Below, in pieces: positions 38,960-49,039 of a stretch of DNA of 64,000 bases; the first letter of the stretch is position 1, and each line of letters starts with the position of its first letter. The notes under the pieces were generated by a model that did no database searches, was not told the DNA's origin, and saw only the letters and a program-made list of their open reading frames with translations. The DNA is from Eledone cirrhosa (Eukaryota), in NCBI GenBank assembly GCA_964016885.1, contig OZ024740.1, positions 6,448,001 to 6,512,000 of the forward strand, written 5' to 3'. Made by a program: the position numbers and the translations under genes.

Positions 38960-41275
38960 GTTATTAGATGCAAAATTTTTGGAATGTTTTACATATTTTT
39001 ACTGTCCCATTAATGGATTGTACTTGTAATTTCCTAACTTGTTGTGTTCTTTCTGTTCCTGTGAAGCCTAGCTTCACAAGATTTGTATTGAGGCAGTTAC
39101 TAACATACCCCAGTGCCTCAATAATCACAGGCATAAATCTGAAGGTGTAATCAGGATGGAGTATCTGCAGATTTCTCATCAGTTCTGCATAAATATTCTC
39201 CTTTTCACTAATCTTTGATATTATATTGGCATCTGCTGGACAGCTAATTTCCACTACTGTGCATGCTTTCTTCTCCCTGTCCCATATCATAATATCTGGT
39301 CTGTTATGCCTGCATTTTATTGGGGTTTTTACTGGAACAGTCCACCAGTACTCTTTAATTGTTATGTACGTGGATGTTTTCCACATTGCTGTAGCTTTTA
39401 ATGTGTTTATTATCGGGGCTATCTTTTTTACGAACTGCATTGTACAGTGTTTTGGCCACTACATCATGCCTCATAGGTAGATAGCACCGCGATGACATCT
39501 TTGGACAGCTGCTGATGACATAGGTGATATCCTCGATGTTAGTTCTGCAGAGTCAGCACTTGTTATCACATCTAGGTGTTTTGCCTGCATCCCTATCTCT
39601 TTTGTGAATCAGGTATTTCGTGCTAATCTCCTGTTCTTGGATTGCAAAAGCATATCCTTCAAAGTGGGAGCCAATTTAGCGGTTGTTGGTCCAAGATAGA
39701 CTACTTTCCTTATCTATATTACTCTCACTCTGGAGCTTCCTGGCAACATATCCATGTATGATTTTTTGCTGATAAGCATGCAGTTTTTCATCCATGGATT
39801 CACTGCGATACTGCAGAGCGACATTCCTGGGTGTGAGTTTTAGATTATCACACAGGGAATATCTCTCGAGGAGTTCCTTCCCAACTCTCATGATCTTATC
39901 TGTTTCATGCAGATAGACTTGCTCGAGAAATGGGCTCCTACGCTTCGAGGTTCGTAGATGTTGTCGGAGAGATATGATGTGACATTCAAATGTTGTCTGG
40001 ACTGATGTTAGGCCTCTGCCTCCCTGCTTACGTTTCAAGTAAAGGCGGTCTATGTCACTGTTGATGTGGAAGTTTCTGGTGTTGTTCAATATTTTTCGAG
40101 TTCCAACATCAACTGCTCAGAGTTCGTCTATCATCCAATTGAGTATTCCAAACGTTGGTGTTAGGACAGGCACAGCAAACACATTGTGAGCCACTGTTTT
40201 GTTTTGCACAGAGAGTTCCGATGACCAGATCTTTCTTAATTGGGTGTAGTATTCCCTGGTTACGCATTCTTTATAACAGATACCATTATAGGATATGTTC
40301 TCATCTATCCCCAGGTATCTGTAGCAGTCCTCATCAGATATTGGTGAAACAGTTAGTCCATTGATGACAATGTTGCTAGACTGGGTTGCTGTTTTTCCCC
40401 GCTTTACAGTCCATTCCTATATCCTTTGAGAACGTTGTAACCAGGTCAAGATTTTTCTTCCTCCCATCCATGTTCTTGGCATAGAGTTTCAGATTGTCCA
40501 CAAAGAAATTATGGGTTAGGTTTGTATTTCTGTCCTCCTGTGAGCCAATGATGTATCCCTCACATTTCTTGAGCAGAAAGGACAAGGGGTTTAATGACAA
40601 GTGAATAATATCACAGAGAGACTGTCCCTTTGAAATATACCCCTACAATATTTTATTTTATCAGTGAAAATAGAGTCCTCCCTCTCTGTCTTTAACCTTA
40701 GGATAGTAGCCCAAGAAGAAGGCAGCCTCTCTATGGCTCTGACAATAATGTCTGGGACTTTAGCCAGTTGGAGGGCCTCTATCATCCAAGAGTGGGGAAC
40801 ATAATAGAAAGCTTTCCTGTAGTCCAGCCAGACTGTAGCCATATTCCTCCTAAGTTGTCGCACCTCCGACATCGCAGTTTTGTTGATTAGGAGTTGTTCA
40901 GCACATCCCCAAACCCCTTTCTTTCCAGCTGCTTGTTCATCTGTGATGATGTTATTATTTTCACAGAGATCTTGGGGGAATAGGTTCAGGCAGGCTGTAT
41001 ACATCTTATACATCAGGTTCTGGCATGCAATGGGTAGGTATTTTCTGCCAAGTGGGTGTCTTTGTTCTTGGGGACCAGTAACGTTTGTGCTAATGTCAAC
41101 CATTCTGGTATAAGTGTATCTCCCTTAAGAACTTGTTGGTAGAGGTCAGTAAGATACCTCCGATAGAATATTAGTTTTTTGTACCAGTAGCCGACAATCA
41201 TGTCTCTTCCTGGTGTTTTCTTATCTTGGAGTTTTCCTATCACAGTCTCAAGGGTCCCCTCACTTATTTTGTATG
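38960..41275 (-). mobile_element. R4/Dong-like non-LTR retrotransposon (RT, CCHC, restriction-like endonuclease), decayed and 5'-truncated
   Basis: KTPGRDMIVGYWYKKL, EQAAGKKGVWGCAEQLLINK, WLDYRKAF..VPHSW, GIFQRDSLS, HNFFVDNLKLYAK, RLYLKRKQGGRGL, RPDIMIWDREKKACTVVEISCP..K..EK..Y (PD-(D/E)XK). Confidence 0.88.
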
Positions 41276-41327
41276 TTTTTGTTGTATGTATGTATGTATG
41301 TATGTATGTATGTATGTATGTATGTAT

Positions 41328-41383
41328 GTATGGGTATAAAGTAGTGGCCATACTCGAAAACGAGTTGGCAGCCACCATGTATA
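41328..41383 (+). mobile_element. Very short RTE-family 3' terminus
   Basis: tataaagtagtggccatactcgaaaacgagttggcagccaccatgtat is nearly identical to 41711-41758 and related to 38680-38720. Confidence 0.65.
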
Positions 41384-41599
41384 TATATATATGTGTATGT
41401 ATGTATGTATATATATATCCGGGAGAGATGACCCCTTAGCCTTTGTCAAGGCAGAATTCTAGGAGAAGGAAAACTCTGATATAACACCTGCAACCCTGAT
41501 GGTATCCAATGATGTTGACTTGTTCTTCTTTTTGGTAAATATCATCTTGGTAAATATCTCTCTGCACTTGTCATCACATGGTGCCATGGGCCCAGCACT

Positions 41600-41760
41600 A
41601 TGTGTCAATAATTGTCACAGGTGTAGTGTTTGTCCCAGAGTTTTCAAGTCACTGGCTGGACTAAAAAGTCACACTTGTTTAACGCATCGGTAGGGGTTCT
41701 CCTACATGGATATAAAGTAGTGGCCGTACTCGAAAACGAGTTGGCAGTCACCATGTATGG
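41600..41760 (+). mobile_element. RTE 3' terminal fragment with last zinc finger and 3'UTR hairpin
   Basis: CSVCPRVFKSLAGLKSH resembles the finger at 38326-38380; hairpin ctcgaaaacgag. Confidence 0.7.
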
Positions 41761-42419
41761 GTATATGTGTGTATGGGGGCATGAAAATACTCAGTTTGGT
41801 GCCCTAGTTAGTACATCATTCTAAAAGCAAGAAAACTCTGACATAAAACATGTGTATTGATGCCAGCCAATGATATTGACCTGTTCTTCTGTTTAGATAA
41901 CTATCACCATTGTTCAGAGAGTGAGATTGGTCAGTGTAAGAACTAACTTCACTTAAAACAGCTTCAAGCACAGACATCACTTGATGTGTGTTCCGTGGGT
42001 ATGGCCTATTATTTTTTATTTTACTGCAGCATATGCAGAAAGCAATCTAAGACCTTGGCATGACTAAAAAGTCATGTTTGTTCCACCCATGTATGAAAAA
42101 CAGTTCAAGGGATGGCAATTCTCAAAACTGAGTCGCAGCCATTTATATTATGTATGCATGTATGCATGTGTGTATATTAGTATGTATGTATATGTGTATG
42201 TGTGTGTGTATGTATATATGTATGTATGTATTTGTGTGTGTGTATGTATGTATGTGTGTGTTTATGTATGTGTGTATGTATGTAATTTTTTTCTTGTAAG
42301 AATTGTTTTGGGGATGAAGGAACTGGTTTCTACCAAAAATGGTTTCACATATTGTATATTCTTTATTATTCCACTTACAGATTATATTTATAAGGAGTGT
42401 GTTACCTGGTCAGTTTCAT

Positions 42420-42835
42420 ATAATAATAATAATGAAAATTATTGTGTACTGGGCTCAGGTGCACTACAACTCAGGTGCATGTATAGTACATAGAATAATT
42501 GTTTCTACTATTGGCACAAGGCCAGCAAATACCCAGTACATTACTGGTACTTTATTTTATCGAGTACCAGTAATGTACTGGGTAATAGTACATAGAATAA
42601 TGTACAAATGTCAGGAAAGTGAACAGTGTGAGTCATGATATACACATAGATAAATGCATGTGTGTATATGGAGGGAGGATATCAGGTGTAGTGTTGGAGA
42701 ATTTCAGGAAACATGGAGGTTTTAAAGGATGCAGTGTCCCGACAGCTAACAACTGATGCAGGGAGTTTGTTCCATGCTTCAACAACTCTGAACATGAGAA
42801 CATTTTTCAGAAAGTCATGGGAGCTATACTATTTT
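42420..42835 (-). mobile_element. CR1-like 3' fragment carrying a nested SINE piece
   Basis: Same 3'UTR as 27905-28080 and 63370-63506; holds a single copy of the 61-bp unit at 42712-42775. Confidence 0.85.
42500..42584 (-). mobile_element. Truncated and inverted SINE 3' fragment with 17-bp TSD
   Basis: atagtacatagaataat at 42483-42499 and 42585-42601; insert matches the SINE tail at 31140-31202; internal 22-bp inverted repeat. Confidence 0.85.
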
Positions 42836-42993
42836 CTGAGTGTGAAATCCCTAACTTTTCCTGATTGTCACTTTGCTATTTACTTACGTAGTCAAGTGTA
42901 CCAACAACTTTCAGTGTAAATATGAATTTGTAATCTCTGTACAGAAGGGTTTGAAGCAGTTGTCTGGGATTATTCTCTTTTCTCTTTTCACAG

Positions 42994-43088
42994 ATTATGC
43001 AAGAACTGATCGCATGAGGTCGGCTGATATCTATGACAGTACCTTATTGTCTCAAACATCTATATCGGGCTTGTTAGGTTTTCAGTAG
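42994..43088 (+). other. Possible host terminal exon (DYARTDRMRSADIYDSTLLSQTSISGLLGFQ*)
   Basis: Strong polypyrimidine acceptor tattctcttttctcttttcacag at 42971-42993 followed by an open frame in non-repeat sequence; no recognisable homology. Confidence 0.25.
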
Positions 43089-43133
43089 AGAGACATATTG
43101 GTGGAAATGTTCTACCAATAATGTTTGTGTTGA

Positions 43134-43253
43134 TATCACCATCATTATCCTCATCATCATAACCATCATCATCACCATCATCATCACCATCGCCATCATC
43201 ATCATCATCATCATCACCATCATCACCATCATCATCATCATCACCATCATCAC

Positions 43254-43304
<51 letters not shown>

Positions 43305-43364
43305 CATCATCATCACCATCATCATCACCATCATCATTACCATCAACATCATCATCACCACCAT
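43134..43364. repeat. (CAT)n/(CAC) trinucleotide microsatellite
   Basis: Direct reading. Confidence 0.95.
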
Positions 43365-43427
43365 TAAAATCAAGACCTAAACATCCATTGGTTAGGTCTC
43401 TAAAACAGTTTCCTTGAAGATCAGTGT

Positions 43428-43472
<45 letters not shown>

Positions 43473-43476
<4 letters not shown>

Positions 43477-44274
43477 AAATAACGAAACGAAATTAAATTT
43501 CGTTTCGTTTGTAACTCACTTTTGTATGACTGACGCTTAAACAATTAAGTTAAAAATGTACATCCACATATGTATACTGAAATACTAGTATGCATATGAA
43601 TACACACACGTATACATATGTAGATGTACCGAGTTTTTCACTGGTCACTTTACTGTGAGTGTCCAGCTATTCTGTATGTAAGCACACAGACAAACCGGTT
43701 TTTAGAGTCATACTGGTTTTTGAGGAAACACCTTTCCTCTATTCTCCAGAAAGCCAGACAAGGAATATTGAACTAGTTTCGATGTTGTTACATCTCATCA
43801 GCAATATTTACCTATCTTCCGGCCTTTCTAGAGAATCGTAAAAGCACATATCGTTATATGCCTTTTCTATGAAAATTAGTAGTGGGCAGACTAATTTGCA
43901 TAGAGCGTGAGTAGGTACCGGTTCAACGGAGACGATAAAAACAAATAACGAAACGAAATTAAATTTCGTTTCGTTTGTAACTCACTTTTGTATGACTGAC
44001 GCTTAAACAATTAAGTTAAAAAAGTGTACATCCACATATGTATACTGAAATACTAGTATGCATATAAATACACACACGTATACATATGTAGATGTACCGA
44101 GTTTTTCACTGGTCACTGTGTTTCACTGGTCTGTGTGTTTACATACAGAATAGCTGGACACTCACAGTAAAGTGACCAGTGAAAAACTCGGTACATCTAC
44201 ATATGTATACGTGTGTGTATTCATATGCATACTAGTATTTCAGAATACATATGTGGATGTACATTTTTAACTTA

Positions 44275-44279
<5 letters not shown>
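43473..44279 (-). mobile_element. Hammerhead-containing non-autonomous element (retrozyme / Penelope pLTR-like): 466-bp period, ~1.4 copies, plus inverted terminal segment
   Basis: 43475 and 43941 begin the same sequence (offset 466); 44129-44279 is the reverse complement of 43541-43691; flanked both sides by (TA)n; hammerhead at 43764-43808. Confidence 0.78.
43764..43808 (-). ncRNA. Minimal type I hammerhead ribozyme
   Basis: Minus strand AATATTG-CTGATGA-GATGT aaca ACATC-GAAA-CTAG-TT-CAATATT: 7-bp stem I, full catalytic core, 5-bp stem II, palindromic short stem III, GUU cleavage triplet. Confidence 0.88.
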
Positions 44280-44321
<42 letters not shown>

Positions 44322-44403
44322 TAGCATCTCCCAATGTATCCAGTACTCCCATGTTTAGTGGTTTTCCCAGGCTCAGCACCACAGATTCTACACACACACA
44401 CAC

Positions 44404-44456
<53 letters not shown>

Positions 44457-44527
44457 TACATATACATTTTTCTATATACATATACATATATATATATACA
44501 CACATATATATATGTATATATATACCT

Positions 44528-44769
44528 AAAAGTCTTATCCCGGTTTCATGGCGTGAAGCAACTGAGAGTACAAGACTCCCCCCTGGACAGGACGCCAGGT
44601 CATCACATGGTTAAACCTCCAGATATTGCTGCTACTCATTTTCAGCTGTGTATACTGGAGCAACATGAAATGAAATGTTTTGCTCAAGAACACAACACAC
44701 AACCCAGGAATCGAGCCTACGACATTATGATCGTAAGTCCAACACTCTTACCACTAGGCCACGTGCCTC
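44528..44769 (-). mobile_element. tRNA-derived SINE (second family)
   Basis: Minus strand A-box tggcctagtgg, B-box-like ggctcgattcc, body gttgtgttcttgagcaaaacatttcatttcatgttgctccagt; sister copy at 47190-47348. Confidence 0.82.
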
Positions 44770-44790
44770 TGTATATATATATATATATAT

Positions 44791-44998
44791 ATATCGCAGA
44801 AAAAAGAGAATCAGTGTTGCGACGAAAGGAATTTATTGGACATATTACAATTGTTTCTCTGGAGACCAGCTCGAGGCACGATCGATCTGGTGATCAAACC
44901 TGACTCTTTTTTCTGCGATATCATACTCTGCCCTATAAGGGCATTGAGTGCTCATACGGCCTACCGCATACGGACGCTTTAAGCATCCAACAACAATT
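44791..44998. mobile_element. Penelope pLTR-like fragment with internal inversion and the 3' half of a hammerhead
   Basis: Perfect 18-bp inverted repeat atatcgcagaaaaaagag (44791-44808) / ctcttttttctgcgatat (44904-44921); minus strand GAAA-CAATTG-TA then AATAAA; flanked by (TA)n. Confidence 0.5.
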
Positions 44999-45012
44999 AT
45001 ATATATATATAT

Positions 45013-46753
45013 ATTGGTGCAGTAACATCATTGTCAACTGCTACAAGGGTAAAGGTGATTCACTCGATAGAGGAAACTATAGAGGTATAAAACTGATGGA
45101 CCAGGTCATGAAAGTAACAGAAAGGGTTATAGCACAGTTGATTAGGGACCGGGTGAAACTAGATGAGATGCAATTTGGGTTTGTGTCAGGAAGAGGCCCC
45201 ACTGATGTTCTCTTCCTTGTGAGGCAGTTACAGGAAAAGTATCTAGCTAAAAGTAAGCCACTCTACCTGGCATTCGTCGATCTCGAGAAAGCCTTTGACA
45301 GAGTTCCCCGTTCTATAATCTGGGGGGTTCTTAGAAAATTAGGAGTAGATGAATGGCTTGAGAAAGCTGTACAAGCCATGTATAGGGGAGCAGTCAGCAA
45401 AGTTAGGGTTAGCAATGGCTATAGCGAGGAATTTAGCATACAGGTCGGTGTCTACCAGGGCTCTGTTCTTAACCCTCTCCTGTTCATTATAGTATTGCAG
45501 GCAATAACAGGAGTTTAAGACCAGATGCCCATGGGAACTCCTGTATGCAGATGATCTCGCACTTATAGCTGAATCCATGGTAGAACTAGAGAAGAAATTC
45601 CAAGCTTGGAAGCCGGGACTAGAAAGAAAGGGACTCAAAGTCAACCTGACAAAGACTACAGTCCTCCTAAGTAAATGAGAAAACAGAACCCAGATCCCCT
45701 CAAGGAAATGGCCTTGCTCACTATGTAGGAAAGGTGTAGGTAGGAACTCCATCATCTGCCTCAAATGCAAACAATGGGTACACAAGAGATGTAGTGAGAT
45801 CTCAGGAAGTTTAGCTAAGAAAGTAGGCTTCACATGTAGCAGCTGTGCTAGGACAGCCACAGGAAACAAGCACCACCAAACTCTGAGAGGGCTCTGTAGA
45901 AACAGTAGACAGCTTCTGCTACCAAGGTGACCGAATTAGCAACGGAGGTGGATTTTCGGAAAGTACAATAACTAGGGTAAGAACGGGATGGAAGAAGTTT
46001 AGGGAACTACTACCACTGCTAGCTGCAAAAGACTTTTCCCTCAAAATGAATGGCAGACTGTAATGATGCATGTATAGAAACAGCGATGTTACATGGTAGT
46101 GAGACCTGGGCGTTGTGTGTAGAAGACTTGCGTAGATTAGAAAGAAACGAAGCCTGCATGCTCCGATGGATGTGTAATAGTAATATACGTGAAAGGCAAA
46201 GCATAAATGAATTGAGAGAGAGACTGAGCATAAGAGGAATCAAATGCTGTGTGCAGGAGAGGAGGTTACGTTGGTATGGACATGTGATGCATATGAAGGA
46301 TGACAGCTTCATAAAAAACGTGCAGAGCACTAGAAGTCGATGGAAGCCGTGGAGTGGGGAGACCCAAGAAGACCTGGGATGAGGTGATAAAAGCCGACCT
46401 TACCCAATTGCAGCTCTCAAGTGCAATGACACACGACCGTGACCTCTGGCATCACGCAGTAATACAGAAGATCTGACCCCCCACAGGAACAAGCCGAAGC
46501 TGAAGCATATAGGCAATATGCCCCCACACCCTCCCACTGCAAAGTGGTCATGGAGGTGCAACGGCAAAAAAGCACCCAGCACTCACTGTAAATGAGGTTG
46601 GTGTTAGGAAGGGCATCCAGCTGTAGAAATCAAACCAGAATCAGTTCCTGTATCAGCAAGACAAGGTCAGCCAACTAGACACTGCCCACAACAGGACAAC
46701 CCGTCTAACCCATGCTAGCATGGAAGACGGACGTAAAACAGTGATGTAGATGA

Positions 46754-46757
<4 letters not shown>
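45013..46757 (+). mobile_element. RTE-clade LINE, 5'-truncated, decayed, with PHD-like finger, 3'UTR and GAT tail
   Basis: NYRGIKLMDQVMK, FVDLEKAFDRVPR, GVYQGSVL, LLYADDL, WPCSLCRKGVG..C..C..WVHKRC, MLHGSETW; 3' part closely matches 31497-32738. Confidence 0.93.
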
Positions 46758-46807
<50 letters not shown>

Positions 46808-46959
46808 CCGAGAATAAATAAGTGACATAGTCACTACTTTAAAACTCATAGCGAATGGTCTTCTAAATGTTTTTATTTAAACATACAGTATATTGCCAAA
46901 TATACTATACTTACATTCATGTATACATCGCTATTTCAGAGCACCAATACTAATACCTA

Positions 46960-47182
46960 TATCATCATCCTCACCGTTTTACGTCCATTCTTCCATGCTA
47001 GCATGGGTTAGACGGATTGTCCCATTGTGGGCAGTGTCTGGTCGGCTGACCATGCCTTGCTCATACAGGAACTGATTCTGGGTTGATTTCTACAGCTGGA
47101 TGCCCTTCCTAACACCAACCTCATTTACAGTGAGTGCTGGGTGCTTTTTTGCCGTGGCACCTCCATGACCACTTTGCAGTGG
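46960..47182 (-). mobile_element. RTE-family 3'UTR fragment, inverted relative to the neighbouring copy
   Basis: Reverse complement of 46535-46750. Confidence 0.85.
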
Positions 47183-47189
47183 AATGATA

Positions 47190-47348
47190 GGGACCCAGTC
47201 CTATCATCTCATTTCTACAGTTGAGTAAACTGGAGCAATGTGAAATAAAGTGTCTTGCTGAAGGAAACAACACATCACCCGGTTCGAGAATTGAACTCAC
47301 AACCTTTCGATTGCAAGCCCAATGCTCTAACCACTAAGCCATGAGCCT
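47190..47348 (-). mobile_element. tRNA-derived SINE 5' part
   Basis: Minus strand aggctcatggcttagtggttagagcattgggcttgcaatcgaaaggttgtgagttcaattctcg: A and B boxes. Confidence 0.82.
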
Positions 47349-47360
47349 TATATATCTATT

Positions 47361-47608
47361 ATGCCATTTACACCTGATGAGATCAACGGGGTCTTATGCA
47401 ACCTGGCCACTGAAATGTGCATAGTGTTTGCAGTAATAAAAAATTAAGGATATTCAACATATTTGGCCTACTGTCATTTCACTTCATAATACATTTACTC
47501 AACATTGAAGATAGATGAGTTGCATAACGTTGAGTGCTTTTTTCATATTACGTCTAAGTTAACATTGCAGAATGACCAATTCAACCCAGTGGTAAACCAC
47601 TAAATTTA
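47361..47608 (+). mobile_element. Penelope pLTR-like fragment with decayed minimal hammerhead
   Basis: acac-CTGATGA(47374)-...-GAAA(47412)-tgtgca-TA-gtgt followed by AATAAA at 47435; adjacent to (TA)n. Confidence 0.6.
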
Positions 47609-47611
47609 AAC

Positions 47612-47719
<108 letters not shown>

Positions 47720-47789
47720 TATATATAATATATATATATATATGTATAAATATATATATATATAATATATATATATATCTATATATATA

Positions 47790-48175
47790 TAGCCAGAATC
47801 AGTTCCTGTCCCACCCTTGCATGCAGGGAAAAGCGGACGTAAAATGAAATAAAAATGAATATAGGTGTAGGTGTCACGACAAACAAACACACAGTCCATG
47901 TTGTAATGTGGCCGAGTAGGTAACATGGTAAAAAGTTCCCTGTCCACACAGTAAATGTGGTTGGTGTTAGGAAGGGCATCCAGCCGTAAAAAAACCTGCC
48001 AGATTGTCCTATACGAGCGAGACACGGTCACCCGACCAACCTTGAGTCAAATTGGGACAACTCCCATCTAACCCATGCTAGCGTGGAAGATGGACATTAA
48101 ACGATGATGATATGATGATGATATCTTCATCATCATCATTTTACGTCCGCTTTTCCCTGCTTGCAAGGGAGGGAC
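47790..48175. mobile_element. Cluster of short RTE 3'UTR/tail fragments in both orientations
   Basis: ccacccttgcatgcagggaaaagcggacgtaaaatga (cf. 1692-1728); 3'UTR copy 47862-48122(+); inverted tail 48125-48175(-). Confidence 0.75.
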
Positions 48176-48273
48176 ATATATATATATATACATATATATA
48201 TACATGTATACGTACATACATATATATATATGTAAACATATATTCAATATTATTAAGGCTAAAAAGCAAGTCT

Positions 48274-48315
<42 letters not shown>

Positions 48316-48804
48316 TATATATATATACATACACACATACATTTCTGTGTATTCATTAGAAGTTATTTCTGCCTTCAGCAGTACCACATGCTCTTTGGAC
48401 ATTGCAAACTTTTGATGCAATGGAATCTAGAACAAGTTATGTTTAGAAAGCAATTACATAGAAATGCCATGAGGTATCTCACTGTGTAATATTTACACAA
48501 CCAATGTAAACCTTCTACATACCGATTGTATCCGATCATTACATATTTTCTTCCTCAATAGTTTTGTTTAACAGACACTGTGTGTCAGATAATCAACAAA
48601 CAATTGGATTGAAACTAGAAACTTCACTTATTAACACGATTGGGAATCATCATCATCGTTTGTCCATTTCCACACTAGCATGGGTTAGATGGGTTGTCCC
48701 ATTTAGGGACAAGTCAGGTCAGTTGTGTGTGTTGTGTATGTTTGTGTGTGTGTTGTGTGTGTGTTGTATATGTTTGTGTGTATGTTTGTGTGTGTTGATG
48801 CAAA

Positions 48805-49016
48805 TCATTATCATCATCATCATCATTTAACATCCATTTTCCACACTAGCATGGGTGAGACAGGTTGTCCCATTAGAGGCAAGTCGAGTCAGGTGACCGT
48901 GTCTTGCTCATATAGAATTTTTTCTGGCTAGATTTCTATGGCTGGTTGCCCTTCCTATAACGAACCCCATTTACAGTGTGAGCTGGATGCTTTTTGTCAT
49001 GACACCCACACAACCA
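48805..49016 (-). mobile_element. RTE-family 3'UTR fragment carrying a single 48-bp satellite unit
   Basis: Reverse complement reads tggttgtgtgggtgtcatgacaaaaagcatccagctcacactgtaaatggggtt...ataggaagggcaaccagccatagaaatc...tgatgatg, closely matching 27416-27621. Confidence 0.85.
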
Positions 49017-49039
49017 ATGTATATATAAATCTGTCTGTC

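Noticed and set aside
43372-43400. Small hairpin agacctaa...ttaggtct next to the retrozyme-like element
   Set aside because: Separated from the element by (TA)n and lacking ribozyme core motifs.
44700-44769. tRNA genes at SINE heads (also 47285-47348 and 31240-31326)
   Set aside because: A and B boxes are present but I see no complete cloverleaf, and each continues into a SINE body.
46805-46958. Possible further pLTR/hammerhead remnant on the minus strand (ctctgaaatagcgatgta...aataaa)
   Set aside because: No CUGANGA box or convincing stems visible; too little to call.
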